This document shows, piece after piece, positions 1-13,989 of a stretch of 64,000 bases of DNA. The stretch spans positions 1 to 64,000 of the forward strand of contig CBFDEM010000016.1 in the NCBI GenBank assembly GCA_965603825.1. The letters run 5' to 3'. A program made the position numbers and the translations under genes. Each line of letters starts with the position of its first letter. Within the stretch, counting starts at the first letter, position 1. This DNA is from Blepharisma stoltei ATCC 30299. Taxonomy: Eukaryota > Protista > Ciliophora. The notes under the pieces are model-generated. The model was given only the letters and a program-made list of their open reading frames with translations. It did not search any database and was not told the origin of the DNA.

Positions 1-2011
1 ACACCTCTAACCACCCTAACACCCTAACACCCTAACACCCTAACACCCTAACACCCTAACACCCCTAACACCCTAACACCCTAAACACCCTAACACCCTA
101 ACACCCTAACACCCTAACACCCTAACACCCTAACCCCTAACACCCTAACACCCTAACACCCTAACACCCTAACACCCTAACACCCTAACACCCTAACACC
201 CTAACACCCTAACACCCTAACACCCTAACACCCTAACACCCTAACACCCTAACACCCTAACACCCTAACACCCTAACACCCTAACACCCTACCACCCTAA
301 ACACCCTAACACCCTAACACCCTAACACCCTAACACCCTAACACCCTAACACCCTAACACCCTAACACCCTAACACCCTAACACCCTAACACCCTAACAC
401 CCTAACACCCTAACACCCTAACACCCTAACACCCTAACACCCTAACACCCACACCCTAACACCCTAACACCCTAACACCCTAACACCCTAACACCCTAAC
501 ACCCCTAACACCCTAACACCCTAACACCCTAACACCCTAACACCCTAACACCCTAACACCCTAACACCCTAACACCCTAACACCCTAACACCCTAACACC
601 CTAACACCCTAACACCCTAACACCCTAACACCCTAACACCCTAACACCCTAACACCCTAACACCCTAACACCCTAACACCCTAACACCCTAACACCCTAA
701 CACCCTAACACCCTAACACCCTAACACCCTAACACCCTAACACCCTAACACCCTAACACCCTAACACCACCCTAACACCCTAACACCCTAACACCCTAAC
801 ACCCTAACACCCTAACACCCTAACACCCTAACACCCTAACACCCTAACACCCTAACACCCTAACACCCTAACACCCTAACACCCTAACACCCTAACACCC
901 TAACACCCTAACACCCTAACACCCTAACACCCTAACACCCTAACACCCTAACACCCTAACACCCTAACACCCTAACACCCTAACACCCTAACACCTAACA
1001 CCCTAACACCCTAACACCCTAACACCCTAACACCCTAACACCCTAACACCCTAACACCCTAACACCCTAACACCCTAACACCCTAACACCCTAACACCCT
1101 AACACCCTAACACCCTAACACCCTAACACCCTAACACCCTAACACCCTAACACCCTAACACCCTAACACCCCTAACACCCTAACACCCTAACACCCTAAC
1201 ACCCTAACACCCTAACACCCTAACACCCTAACACCCTAACACCCTAACACCCTAACACCCTAACACACCCTAACACCCTAACACCCTAACACCCTAACAC
1301 CCTAACACCCTAACACCCTAACACCCTAACACCCTAACACCCTAACACCCTAACACCCTAACACCCTAACACCCTAACACCCTAACACCCTAACACCCTA
1401 ACACCCTAACACCCTAACACCCTAACACCCTAACACCCTAACACCCTAACACCCTAACACCCTAACACCCTAACACCCTAACACCCTAACACCCTAACAC
1501 CCTAACACCCTAACACCCTAACACCCTAACACCCTAACACCACCCTAACACCCTAACACCCTAACACCCTAACACCCTAACACCCTAACACCCTAACACC
1601 CTAACACCCTAACACCCTAACACCCTAACACCCTAACACCCTAACACCCTAACACCCTAACACCCTAACACCTAACACCCTAACACCCTAACACCCTAAC
1701 ACCCTAACACCCTAACACCCTAACACCCTAACACCCTAACACCCTAACACCCTAACACCCTAACACCCTAACACCCTAACACCCTAACACCCTAACACCC
1801 TAACACCCTAACACCCTAACACCCTAACACCCTAACACCCTAACACCCTAACACCCTAACACCCTAACACCCTAACACCCTAACACCCTAACACCCTAAC
1901 ACCCTAACACCCTAACACCCTAACACCCTAACACCCTACCCCTAACACCCTAACACCCTAACACCCTAACACCCTAACACCCTAACACCCTAACACCCTA
2001 ACACCCTAACA
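1..2011 (+). repeat. Telomere, (CCCTAACA)n, C-rich strand; about 250 units
   Basis: 8-bp tandem unit from base 1 to an abrupt junction with AT-rich unique sequence at about 2012, with occasional variant units. CCCTAACA is the heterotrich (Stentor/Blepharisma) telomeric repeat. Confidence 0.98.
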
Positions 2012-3612
2012 CTCATTTTCTTTATTTCGTACGCATAACGAAAAAAATTAGTTGTTTCCTAACAAAGTTAAATCTTTTTGAAGTAATTGGATAATTTTAA
2101 TAAGAGCAATGTTTCGAACCATTTGATTATTCTATGAAACCAGAATCCTCCCTCTAGATTGTCTCTAAGTCAAGCTTATCAAGATTATATAAGTGCTTAT
2201 CATCACATAACGTCTTTTTTCTTGTCTAAGAAATTAATAAGACACCTACTTTGGCTATTTATAACACTGAAACTAAAGAGAAGATGTGAAAATGTTGGCT
2301 ATTCCTAAAATATTGAGCATGCTTCACTTAGCTTGAGATCTTATTATTATAATTATACTTGTGCTATCAATATATTTCATAAAGAGTTTTTATATTAAAA
2401 ATTGTGAACTCACGAGCGGATTCTTTATATAGGACTACTGAAAAGCCCATTTTCAGAAGCTAAAACCTCATTCCCTTCTATATTGTTCTACCGCTTGCTT
2501 AACGGAACGAAATTAAGCCATAAGAGAGTGTTTGGCAAAGATAATAATCAAGTGTTAAAATCAATTATTTTATACTCTACAAGCTAGAATAGGCTCTGTC
2601 ATCACAATTTTGAAGAGGGATATTGCAGGCTTAATTTAGATTTAAAAATGATAGATTTGATCAGAGATAAACTCAATTTAATATCAATTTATTAAAAAAT
2701 CATATCTAAGGCTAGCTTATCATTTTAAGCTAAGTCGAATAGCTATATATTTCTAAATCGAATATAATATAAAATGCAATAAGATCATAATTTAAACATA
2801 TATGCTTGCTCAACTTTTATTTATTTAATTAATTATTTCGTATGCTTATTTAATCTTCTGAAGTATTTTAAATTGATTAAGGATTTATAATTAATTCTGA
2901 TTATGAAAGAAAATAGATAATTTCAATTTTCATTTTAATTCTTCTTACTCAAAAGACATTTTTGTTAAGTTATAAGATGAATATTTTTTAGACGTCTAAC
3001 TCCCTTACTCAGCTCATTCATTAAAAGAAACCTATTAGTTTTTTCAAGAAAAATTTTAATATAAGCACTGGTTCAAATAATAGCAAAATTTTTAATGTCT
3101 GTCTCATTTATTCTGAATCTCTTCCGCAAGAAATAAAAATTCATCATTTGATTAATTTTCTACAGGTGATAATTTTACCAGCATGCAGTTTTATTTAAAT
3201 ATTAAGCCAATCTATTTCAAAATTGATATATATCTATTATTTATTTTGCTTTCTTAACTCTTCTCAGTTTCCTTTCTGAAATTAAAAAATTTCTAAAAAG
3301 AAAAAATTCGCCCGAATTCAATGCACCATTTTATTCAACTTTGAATTCAGACTAGGAAATTTTGAGTTTAATTCATCAATTTTTCAAAATACATATTTTA
3401 GAGGACTTTCTTTATTATTTAATACTTTTCTTTAGTTTTTTATTAGCGGATTCTTGCTTTCAAAATTTAAACTAAAAAAATTGTTTTAAGCCCAGAATCT
3501 CTATATGAAGTTCCTTAGTTTAGTTTTTAATCCAATTCTTATTTTTCTCTAATTTGTCCTAACGTAAATGTATAATTTTTTTTTCGGATAAAACGGTTAC
3601 ACGTTTATAAAT

Positions 3613-6600
3613 ATGAGAAATCTTATAGGCTTAATCGTTCTTATTGAGCTAGCTGCTTGCATCTCAATAGGGTCTAAGGATGGAAATCTTGATCCTGGAA
3701 GAATCTTATGGCCAAAAGATACTTGGGTGAGCTCTCCTATCGAACTAGCAAGGACAAATTCAGGTCTAACAACTACTATTACTTTTAACTTCAGACCAAC
3801 CTCAACATTGGCGAGTGGCTTTGTCCAAATTATCCTTCCATCTGGACTTTCTGGCTCTTTAAGTACTACTAAGACACTTACAGCAAATCAAGACACTTAT
3901 ATATCGTTTCCTATTACTTTACCTTCTGGAGCCGCTGTTTACGGGCCATTTGGGATTATTTCTCGAACTAGTTCCACAGGTCAAATCATTGACGCAAACT
4001 ACATTTTTGGCTGCATTTCTACCACAGCTTCTGTGGCCAGTTCGTCAACTGTTACAGTCTCAACTGTTTCAGGAACTGCAAATCCGGTTATTTCAACTCA
4101 AGACAGCCTTTACTTCACTTTTTCTCTTACCCAAAGCTTCTGGAGACACGATCTAATTGAAATTATTCCTGACACAGACTGGAGCTTGACTTCTACGACA
4201 ATCTCTTGCTCTTCTGCAGATATTCAAGGGGTAACTAACCAATTTTATGGGTATGATGGCAGCTACAACTTGCCTTGCGCTCTCGCAACCTCTAGCAGCG
4301 ACACAACTGGCCCTCAATATACAAGTACAGGCTCAAAGAGTATTTACATATATGGGATTGACAAAGACGTTCTAGTTACAACATCTCTTTCAGTCAAGCT
4401 CAAGATTTCTACTTTCGTTCTCCCTGGCTACGTAAAATCGACATCAAATAATTCGTGGATAGTTAAGATCTGGAGATTCGGCACTAATAACTTACTTGCC
4501 AAATACTCTGGAAGTGGCCCAATTTCCACATATGTAGGTGCGCTTACTTTTGGCTCATGGGATGCAGTTAGCGATATTGATGAAAGCTCAGTGCCAACTG
4601 GAGTGTCCTTGTTTTCAACTGTCACCTTTACTAATACCCATGCAATTCCAGCCAGCGGGACAGCAGTTATTCAGTTCTCAAACGTTGATCTTACAAATAA
4701 TTGGTGGCAAGATCTCGATGGGAGTTCTTCTTCAGGAAAGAAATGCTATTTATCATCAACGATTAAGGGCGCTAGCTGCTCTATCTCAAGCTCAGACTCT
4801 TCAAAAGTAACTATTTCTTTTACAAATCAACTTGCTGCCTCTACCTCAATTTCTATTACTTTGTTAACAGCATTGACTACTGGTGCTAAAATTACTTCAA
4901 TTACCACATATTACACCGGGACGACTGAAATTGATACTGTGTCCAGCCCATCTACGTGGCCTCTTAGCACATCTAATAAAGTGTTTGGCCACTTCCAATA
5001 TCACTCATACCATGATGCTGCGACAGGTAGTAACGACTATCCATCACTTGCAAGCTCTCCTACTTTTACTGCTGGATTTTTAAATGGAGCTTACAAATCA
5101 TACGACTTGTATTGGGCATTCTACCCTGGCTCAAGCATTACATGAGTTGCTGGGACAAGTCTTACAGTCCATCTCTCAATTTCTTCTTCGCTCTCTTACA
5201 CTACCTCTTATATAGCCAATGACGCAACAACATACGACCTAGTAAACGCTCTTTCATCAGCTACACCCCTTCAAGCCTCTAGCAGTACAAAAATAACTTA
5301 TTTAATGAGTGGGAGTTCGATTTCTGCAAGTTTCGTCACTACCCCAACTGCGTCCAATTATTTCATTTTTGCTTACCACGGAAACTCGGCCTTGCCTTAT
5401 GTTGCTTCAAACTTGGCGACATTTTATGAATGCTGGGCCAAGTCAACGACTAATGAGGTAGGAAACTCAGTTTTCTCAGTACTGATCAGAAATTTGGAAG
5501 AGAATGACGTCTACACCAAACCTTTGTGCACTCCTACCTCTGGAGCGATTCCTCTTATAACGCTTTTTACAGCTGTGATCATGGATATAGACTTTACTTC
5601 AACTTCCAACGTTTTCACACTTGAAATCGCAATCACAAATGGAGCAAACTTGGGAACTGGCTTAACAGATAATAGCGACCTCCCTTGCACAGGAACAGTT
5701 AGTGGAGCGAAGTGCACAATATCAAAGACAAACAGTGATGCTGATACCCTTATCACTGTAAAAGGATTGGGCTTAATAAAAGCAGGGAGCGCTGTGACTT
5801 TATATATTGCCAAAGGAATTTTATCAGATTCAATAGTATTGACCCCTACTACTACAATTTATTATACGCCATCGGGCTCCGATAATAAAAATTATCTTTA
5901 CACTAGCTCTCAATCTACATACACTACTGGCTCAGAAGTTACATTATCAACTGGGTCTTCTACCACGACTTGGAGCATATCTGCAACTCAAACCTTAGCA
6001 ATTTCTGGTGCAGGAACTTCTGCAGCTACAACCACTGGGAGCTATATTGGAGTAGGCATGCCTGCAGGCTTCACCTTATCAGGATCTGGAATTACAGTGG
6101 CTAGTAAGTCTCCAACAGCGAGTTATCAAGCTACCATGAGCGACCAATACTCTGTTGGCAGCTTTATATTGGGAATTGATGATGGGACTTTCAGACTTGC
6201 TTCAGCAGGGTCTGATATATCAGTTGCCGGAATCGTAGCCCCAAAGTATGCGGGTGCAAGTAATGGAAGTAACAATATTCATTTTAATGTGTTTGTTGTC
6301 CTTGCGGCTAACATCGGAAGTACCTGTGATGCCGCTGACATTTCAAAATTTTCCAATACAATCAGCACTGGAACGATTAGCAATGGAGATGTATCATGCA
6401 GCTCTTCAGCGAGCTCATTAAAAGGACCAGACTCTGTTGACTCAACAATCACAATTACTGTAGCCCTTCCTCATGGAATTCCGAAAGATGGCTTTGTAAC
6501 TCTTACCATGGACACCAACTGGTCTTACTCCTATGCATCTTGCACAGTCACTGGGATGTCTGGCAACTGCCAACCAGGCTCATCCACAAAGATTACTGCA

Positions 6601-9600
6601 TCATCCGATTTTTCAGCAGGAACCATCACTGTTTCTTTTCTCCATGTCATTCCACCTTCATCAGGCTCCTCTGCGTCCTGTGTAAGTGCTGTGACTACTC
6701 AAGACAGCAAAAATAACTACATTGATTCTGGATCAGGCTTTTCCCAGACCATCAATTTATCAGCTGCTCCAGATCCAGGGACCTCAACAATTACTCCGAC
6801 CGCAATCCCCAATTTTGCTGGGGCAGCCAATGCTGATATTTTTCTATCGTTTACATTAAGCAAGACACTCCCAGCCAATAGTGTCCTTACAATATCGCCC
6901 GGTGGGGTTGGTACCTGGATTAAGTCAGGAGACATCAAAGACTACTGCTGGTCAAGTGTGGTTTATACAGACTGCTCTGTTACTAACTCAAAAGTCCAGT
7001 TAACATTCTCATATGTAATAACGTCTGGCTCTACAGTTCAGCTTTATTTAGATAGTGCTATCACTCTCCCAAGCTCATCAGGCACAACTTCAACTGGCTT
7101 CCAAATAGCTGCGACATATGCTAGCTCCACTATTATTTCAGATAGCTCCCCAGGAGCTCTTCTTACAGTAAACGCAGCACCGTCAGGAGCAATAACTCTT
7201 ACATCTGTCAAACCTAGCAAGGTCGACAATGCTGGAGAAGCTTCTGATTACTTATTCAATTTCTCAAGCACCCAAGAGGTTGTGAGCGGAGATTACTTCA
7301 TTATTCAGTTCCCAAGAGATTTTGACGCATATATTGGAGATGCAGAAAATACTTATCCTGACTGTGCCCCAGGAGACTGGTTTTTGTCTTGCAGCTCTAC
7401 CACTCTGGGAAGCATTACGTGCGCAGTAGACCACTGGTATCTTAAAGTTTCTGGCATTTCTAAGCCAGGCTCTACCGCAAATGGCCTAGATCTGACTGTC
7501 AAAGGCATCAGAAACCCAAAGTCAGGAACTACAGGAAATTTCAACATTTGGCAATATGGCTCAAGTGGAACGCTTAAAGCCTACCAAAACTCAGCCATCA
7601 GCGCGAAGACCTCAGACCCTGTTGCAAACTCATTGACCCTCAAAGACCTTGTTATTGACAACACTCTTCTCTCTGGTACATCAACTTATTCTTTTGACTT
7701 CTACTGTGCTGGCACCTTCAATAGTGAGTATGCCTTCGAAATTCACTTCCCTCCTCAGTTCAACCTTAAGCTTTCTAGTTCAGCAACAACAACTGCTTGC
7801 ACCACAAAATATTATGATGAATCAGGATCAGCAAATACTGACTCAACAGTAGCTAATGATTGGAACTCAGCCACTTCTACTTGCAGCTTAGATGTGGCAA
7901 CTGGAAGAGTCACCTTGACTATTCCTACATCTGTGTCTAAAACCTTTTTAGCGACTGATAGGATTAGAATCAATCTGTCAGGCATCAGCAATGCACAGTG
8001 GGGACTCAGCAGGACTGACTCCATGTGGGACATGAAAGATACAGCCGCATTTGGGTCTTTTTCAGAGTGGACTAACAGATTTGGAGTTTCTGCCATCCAT
8101 ACCTCTGCCACCACCATTTCAGCGAAAAGCTACGATATCCTGAATGCAGCATATATTGGTCTCAACCCTTCTGCGACTGATATTAGTGCCAACTCTTATG
8201 CTCCTGAAAATGGAAAAGGAAAGATTCAGCTTACACCAGGAACTCAAAGTCAAGACATCCCCATCTCGATTTCTGCGTCATGGCCAATGAAATCCAAGTC
8301 TCTTAAACTCAAGCCAGCAGCTAACTCAAACTATCCTGACAACGGAAACCTCGAGTACACCTCAATTCACTTTGGCTTCATTGTTTATCAAATGGTAAGA
8401 CAAATCACTTTCAGAATTTCAGCCAAAACTGGGACTCCACAAGGGATTTACTACATAGACTGGACAACTGAAGAAGAGAAGCAGCCAGGTGTCACTGCTA
8501 ACTTGTATAGCCCTCCTCTAAGCATCATGGTAGAAGTCTGTACTCCGTCAACTACTCTTGTGCCTACAGTAGCGAATATTCCAACTCTTTATAAAGGATA
8601 TAAGAGTATCCCAATTGCAGTGTCGCTGCCTCTATCTCCAGCAACCGATATTACCATTACTCTTGCAGCTAATTCGGCTGGGGTTTCATTAACCCCGACT
8701 TCTCTAGAGTTCACAAAGGATTCTGATGTAAAATTCTTCGAAATTACTGTCTATACTAATTATATTGCAACTCAGACTGCTCCAACTATCACATTTACTA
8801 TCTCTGGAACAGATGCAGCAGCCTATGGGCCGATTAATACTAAAACCCTTGATATTTCCTCTACTGACTCAAAAGCAACACAGCCCTCTCTTATTATTGC
8901 CCAAAGCACTGTGACTAAAAACTCAGCAACCTTATCTATAAGTTCTCCTCAAAACGGAGTCCTCTACTGGGGCTTCTCTTGCAAAGGATCAGCAATTCCT
9001 ACCTTCCCTGAACTTGTCTCAGCAGTTGCTGATTTAGTTTCTCCAGTCAAAAATACTTATTCTTACCAAGAACTTAAAGATATGGACTACAATAATACTG
9101 AGACCGATGTTAATCCAGCAATGGGTGACACAGATATCAATTCTTTCTTCAGAAGAATGCACGCTAGGCATTGTGCCACCTATTATGCTAACGCTCAAGT
9201 CATCTACGCTGACAATTCAGCTCAAGTAATCCTTGATAACCTTATGGCTGGAACTGAGTATGTGTTCACTGCATATGTGGATAACAGACTCATTAACATC
9301 ACTTACAACTATACTGCGCAAACAGTCCCTGTCATCACCTCAGCACTTCCAAGTGTATCAACCAAATCTGTTGTTTTTAGTGGAAGTGTGCCACAGACTA
9401 GCAGTGACAATATCAGAAACGTGCTGGCTAAGAATATGGGTGTTAACCCTTCATGGCTCACTTTGACATCATATGCTTCCACTTCTTCCAGACTCCTTCA
9501 AGCCTCGGCAACCTCCACATTTACGTATAACGTGCTTTATGACAGAGCTTTAGCAGATGGCTACTCATCTGATACAATTCTTGGGAATCTTAATGAGGTT

Positions 9601-10095
9601 CAGGCATCCTCTGATTTCTCCAGCTTGTACAGCTATACCACTTCCAGCTATTATGCAGGATCTACCACTAGAGGAACAGCACCATCATGGGTTAAAACTC
9701 CAATTGTAATAGAAATCGGAGAGAATGCTGCAACTTTTATGGCGACCTCAGACAAAGCAGGAACAGTTTATGTATCGTGCACTGATGAAGAGTCAGACTT
9801 GAACACTTATGCATGGCAAGTAATTGATGGTCTTAATGCAAACTCTAACCCTGCACATGCGGATTATGGAAATTGGACAAAAAACCAGAACACAACTTTG
9901 ACTGTTTCAGGATTAACACAAGGATCGATTTATATGTGCTATTTCACTGCTTGTGACAACTACCCAGCTTGGCCTTCTTGCATCGATTATTCAGATGACA
10001 GCTCATTGGTGAAAATAGGAATTAAAACTAAAGCTAGCGATAGTGATGCAGCAATTTTGGGTTTTGTTGCAGCTTTCTTCTTAATCCTTAACTAA
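3613..10095 (+). CDS. 2160-aa Ser/Thr-rich beta-strand-rich cell-surface protein with signal peptide and probable GPI-anchor signal
   Basis: ORFs 3613..5145 and 5305..10095 are in frame, separated by one TGA (5143-5145) and a stop-free linker. Hydrophobic N-terminus MRNLIGLIVLIELAAC; C-terminus ASDSDAAILGFVAAFFLILN. Confidence 0.9.
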
Positions 10096-10399
10096 ATCTT
10101 ATCCTAAAGTCTTTTACTTCTTAAAATTAATTTAAAGGACAAATATGATTGATGATTCTTAGGTTGCCTTAATATGTTTTAGGTTTCCCTGCTGTGATGG
10201 AATAATCAAATATTATTAGAAAAATCCTTATAGGGGGGTTTTAGGATTCCTTAAATAAGCAAGAATTGTTAAGACTATGATTCTTACAGAATTAGAATTG
10301 AATTGCTGCAGACTTTCTAATAAGCTTAATCATGAAAATATATATTCCCCATGAATTTCTTGACCCAGCTTTTCTTTTTAGCTTTATTCTCGTGACTAC

Positions 10400-11451
10400 T
10401 AACCCTCAAATTAATGAGTATACTATTTAAGTCTATTACACAAAAGAAATTAAAAAATTAAACCACTGCTTTCTGAGATCTTACCATTCTTTTTTATCTA
10501 TTTTGAACTTATAATAGCCATCGCTATCTTTGCACCCAATATAAATGCTCCTCTATTAATAGCAATAAACTTGATCAGAATCTCTTCAGCTGATCACTGA
10601 TTTTGATATAAGCTTTCAAGTATATTCATCAACTATCCCGCTCTCATATATTTTTCCATCAGCTTCGCATTTAATTAAATTAAACAAGATTTTCCTCCTA
10701 TCCTTTGCGAACTCAAAATATTTCGATATGTGTACTCTGCAATTAATATGTCCTCATATAAAACACTTCAGTGGCATTTTCAATTAGACTACAGCATTGG
10801 AGTTAATTCAAATCATTGATTTTGATCTAAATCAAATCTTTCGGAAAGAGCTAGCTAGAAATAATCCATATATCTTCCTCCAAAGCTATAAGCATTTCTT
10901 TTGAAATAGATAGCTGATGAAAAAGTGCAATGCTGCCCAGCTGGAAGATAGGCACAAGAAATTTGCCTATTTCACAAAAATGTTTGTACTGCTATTAGAA
11001 ATTGAGTTTTCTTGAAAAATTGATTCAAGCTTCTCAATTGCATCATTGCAAAGATAAGAGTTCTCAAATTGGATCCTTCTTTAATTTTTTATATTTTTTG
11101 AGTCTCTGAAATTTTTTTACATCGATCATTAATTTCTGCTTGAGCAAAATCCAGCTTTCTTAAGAGCTCTTCAAGGCTTGTTTCAGAGTTTGAAAGATTT
11201 TTGCTAAAGGAGCTAGAATCTTTTTCTTTGATTTCTCCTTCTGTACTTTTTCTTTCTCAAAAAATCCAAGAATTACCTCTTTTGCCTTTCACAGGGCTTT
11301 AAAAATAAAGACTCAAAGGTGTGATCTTTATTGGGCGATTCACAATGATTTATTCAGTGGATTTTGCATAATAAGACTCAGGAGAAGTGCAAAGGCAAGA
11401 ATTTTTGACTTCAAGCTCACAATTAGGTTCAGAGCATCTCTTGACCTTCAT
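10400..11451 (-). pseudogene. Decayed B-box-like/Kelch gene, copy 1 (3' limit approximate)
   Basis: ATG at 11451 gives MKVKRCSEPNCELEVKNSCLCTSPESY, then a frameshift. Later Kelch-like SAIYFKRNAYSFGG..SERFDLDQNQWFELTPM with internal TAA/TAG. Confidence 0.7.
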
Positions 11452-12162
11452 TTATTTGCAATCACTTGATTTTTTTAGTTCTATGACCCATGCTTTTGAA
11501 AAGATTCTTTAGATGGTAATAGCATTTTTAAAAAATGTATTCATTCCACTTTTGTTTTATTTAATTTTTAAAATAGCTTGGCTCAGCAAAAAAACATAAA
11601 AGAAAGACAAAAAAGCAGCTCATGAAATAAATCTTTATTTAAGAGTCTTGAGCAAGCACATTATTTATATGAGAATGGATTAGTATATATTTGGTTAGTT
11701 ATAAATTTAAATAGGCAATTCTTGTTTAAATTTATTATATTGTCGAATAAACCATAAAAACCTCACTCCTCTCTATTGAATCAATCTTGCACTGCAAAGC
11801 TGACTGACAATTGCTTGCACAAAAACTTTCACTTAGACTGCAAAGTAATAATTAAAATATAGGATAATAGCTTCATTACTAATAATTAAAGCTAAGTTAC
11901 TCATAAAGAATTATATAATATTGATAAAGTTTAGCTTGATCATATGTCGGTAGTTTCAGTTATATTAAGTTAATTTCCAAAATAATAAATTTAAATCCAT
12001 TCTTCAGCGGTTTGCAAACTGGAATAAGAATTAGTCAAATAATTTGAGAAATTTTGTATTAAGCCAAATCTTAGAGCGCTTTAAGCGGATATCTCTAAAC
12101 CTAAATCAAACATTTCTTTTCTTCCATTTTACACTTAATTAAAATATCGTTAAATTTTGAAA

Positions 12163-12627
12163 ATGAAGTTAACCCTCACAGTTCTTTTCTTATGCTCTTT
12201 TCAAGCGATGTCAGCTACTCAAAATAAACCAAGCTTTATCCTATTAAGTGATGTTGCCTCTGCAGATGACGTAGAAGCTCAGGAAGATGCTGCAGAAGCA
12301 GCAATTGTTGAAAAGATTAGAAAACGTTCTGACTGGTATATGCCTCCATTTGTTGTCACTATAGAAGATCTTAAGAGGGACATTGAAGACTACGTTGTTC
12401 TTGATATTGAACTAGATGGAGATGAGATGGTTGAGATTCATGGAAGAACTTACAAAGATGAAGATGTTGAAGACAAAATACAATTCTATAAAGACCAGAT
12501 TCAATACCAAGAAGAAACAGGCACCGTATTGCTTGTGGAAACATCAGGAGTAAAAGCTTATGCATCAAGAGATTCGCCGGAAGCTGAAGAAGTTATTGCT
12601 GCACAACTGCAAAGACCATATATCTAA
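12163..12627 (+). CDS. 154-aa acidic secreted protein of unknown function, copy 1
   Basis: First ATG is 12163 (the track starts at TTG). Signal peptide MKLTLTVLFLCSFQAMSA, acidic segment, KIRKR basic cluster; ends TAA. Confidence 0.85.
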   Translation: MKLTLTVLFLCSFQAMSATQNKPSFILLSDVASADDVEAQEDAAEAAIVEKIRKRSDWYMPPFVVTIEDLKRDIEDYVVLDIELDGDEMVEIHGRTYKDEDVEDKIQFYKDQIQYQEETGTVLLVETSGVKAYASRDSPEAEEVIAAQLQRPYI

Positions 12628-12629
12628 TT

Positions 12630-13045
12630 AAATACAAATGTCTTAAGCCTTTTAATCTCGACCACAAATTCTCCACATTTGTAGTTTCCCTACCTGATCC
12701 AAATTTACGATTGTGAAAGACAACATTGGGCTTAAATCCATCATTACTTAACTGATTATATGTACGCCAGCCATCAGTTCATATTTCAGTGGGATTTTAT
12801 GGGTTATTGTACACTGAAAGATGTATAAAATTCTTTGATTCATCATAACTTTTGTTTGCAGAACATAAAAGATTCCGGATTTTTTAGTGCCACGATCATA
12901 TACGCCAAAAGCCCATCTGATTTCATGATACCATCTATCATTTCTAAGTACTTTTGTCTCATCTAATTCCACAGTTGGATGACTCTCGCCAGGCTCATTT
13001 TCTATCCCAGGCATTTCATCTTCGATATAGGATCTTAAGAGAATA
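12630..13045 (-). mobile_element. Merlin/ISXO2 (IS1595-family) DDE transposase relic
   Basis: VELDETKV...WAFGVYDRGTKKSGIFYV, then after a frameshift and a TAA: TEI(W=TGA)TDGWRTYNQL...VVFHNRKFGSGRETTNVENLWSRLK. All three DDE motifs are in the ISXO2 order. Confidence 0.85.
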
Positions 13046-13049
13046 AATT

Positions 13050-13989
13050 TATATATAATTATATTGCTTTGCTTTGAATGATGCTTCAGTATTAAAATAC
13101 AGCAAACTAATTATAATGTGATTGATTTTTTGGCTGACCAATACCTGGTATTGAATAGTTTTCTGGAATTTAGAAAAACGCTCCTGTAACGCAATTCATT
13201 GAGGTCCCATTCATGCTGAACCATAAGCTTTCAAGTATATTCATCACCTATTCCATTTTAATATATTATTCCATCAACTCCGCTCTCAATTAAATTAAAC
13301 AAGATTTTCCTCCTATCCTTTGCGAACTCAAAATATTTCGATTTGTCTACCCTGCAATTATTATGTCCTCATATAGCACTGCGCAGTTGCATTTTCAATT
13401 AGGCTGCAGCATTGGAGTTAATTCAAATCATTGGTTATGGTCTAAATCAAATCTTTCGGAAAGAGTTAACTAGAAAAAATTCATATATCTTCCTCCAAAG
13501 CAATAAACATTTTTTTGAAATAGATAGCTGATGAAAAAGTGCAATGCTGCCCAGCTGGAAGATAGCGCACACCAAATTTGCTTATTTCACAAAAAATGTT
13601 TGCACTTTATTAAAATTTTAGTTTTTTCGAAAAATTGATATAAGCTTCTCAATTGCATCATTGCAAAGATAAGAGTTCTAAAATTGGATGTTTTTTAATT
13701 TTGATATTTTTGAGCCTCTGAAATTTTTTCGCATTGATCATTAATTTCTTCTAATCCAAATCCAACTTTCTTAAGAGCTCTTCAAGGCCTGTTTCAGAGT
13801 TTGAAAGATTACCTCTTTCGTCCTTTCACAGGGCTTTAAAAAGACAGACTCAAAAGTGTGATCTCTATTAGGTAGTTCACAAAGATCTATTCAGTGGAGT
13901 TTGCATAAATAAGACTCAGGAGAAGGGCAAATGCAGGAATATTCGACTTCAAACTCCCAATTAGGCTCAGAGCATCTCTTGGCCTTCAT
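13050..13989 (-). pseudogene. Decayed B-box-like/Kelch gene, copy 2 (3' limit approximate)
   Basis: MKAKRCSEPNWEFEVEYSCICPSPESYLCKLHWIDLCELPNRDHTFES..., with a deletion relative to copy 1 near 13810, frameshifts and stops. Confidence 0.7.

Noticed and set aside
1-2011. CRISPR array or satellite
   Set aside because: No spacers; an 8-bp unit at the contig end matching the heterotrich telomere.
2024-2043. Small hairpin tttcgt-acgcata-acgaaa beside the telomere junction as a breakage signal
   Set aside because: A 6-bp stem is expected by chance in AT-rich DNA, and there is only one junction to compare.
3950-9466. Short antisense and alternate-frame ORFs within the large gene (and similar ones over 26246, 29294-30279, 40538, 48410, 63367)
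   Set aside because: Shadows of real CDSs with no recognisable motifs.
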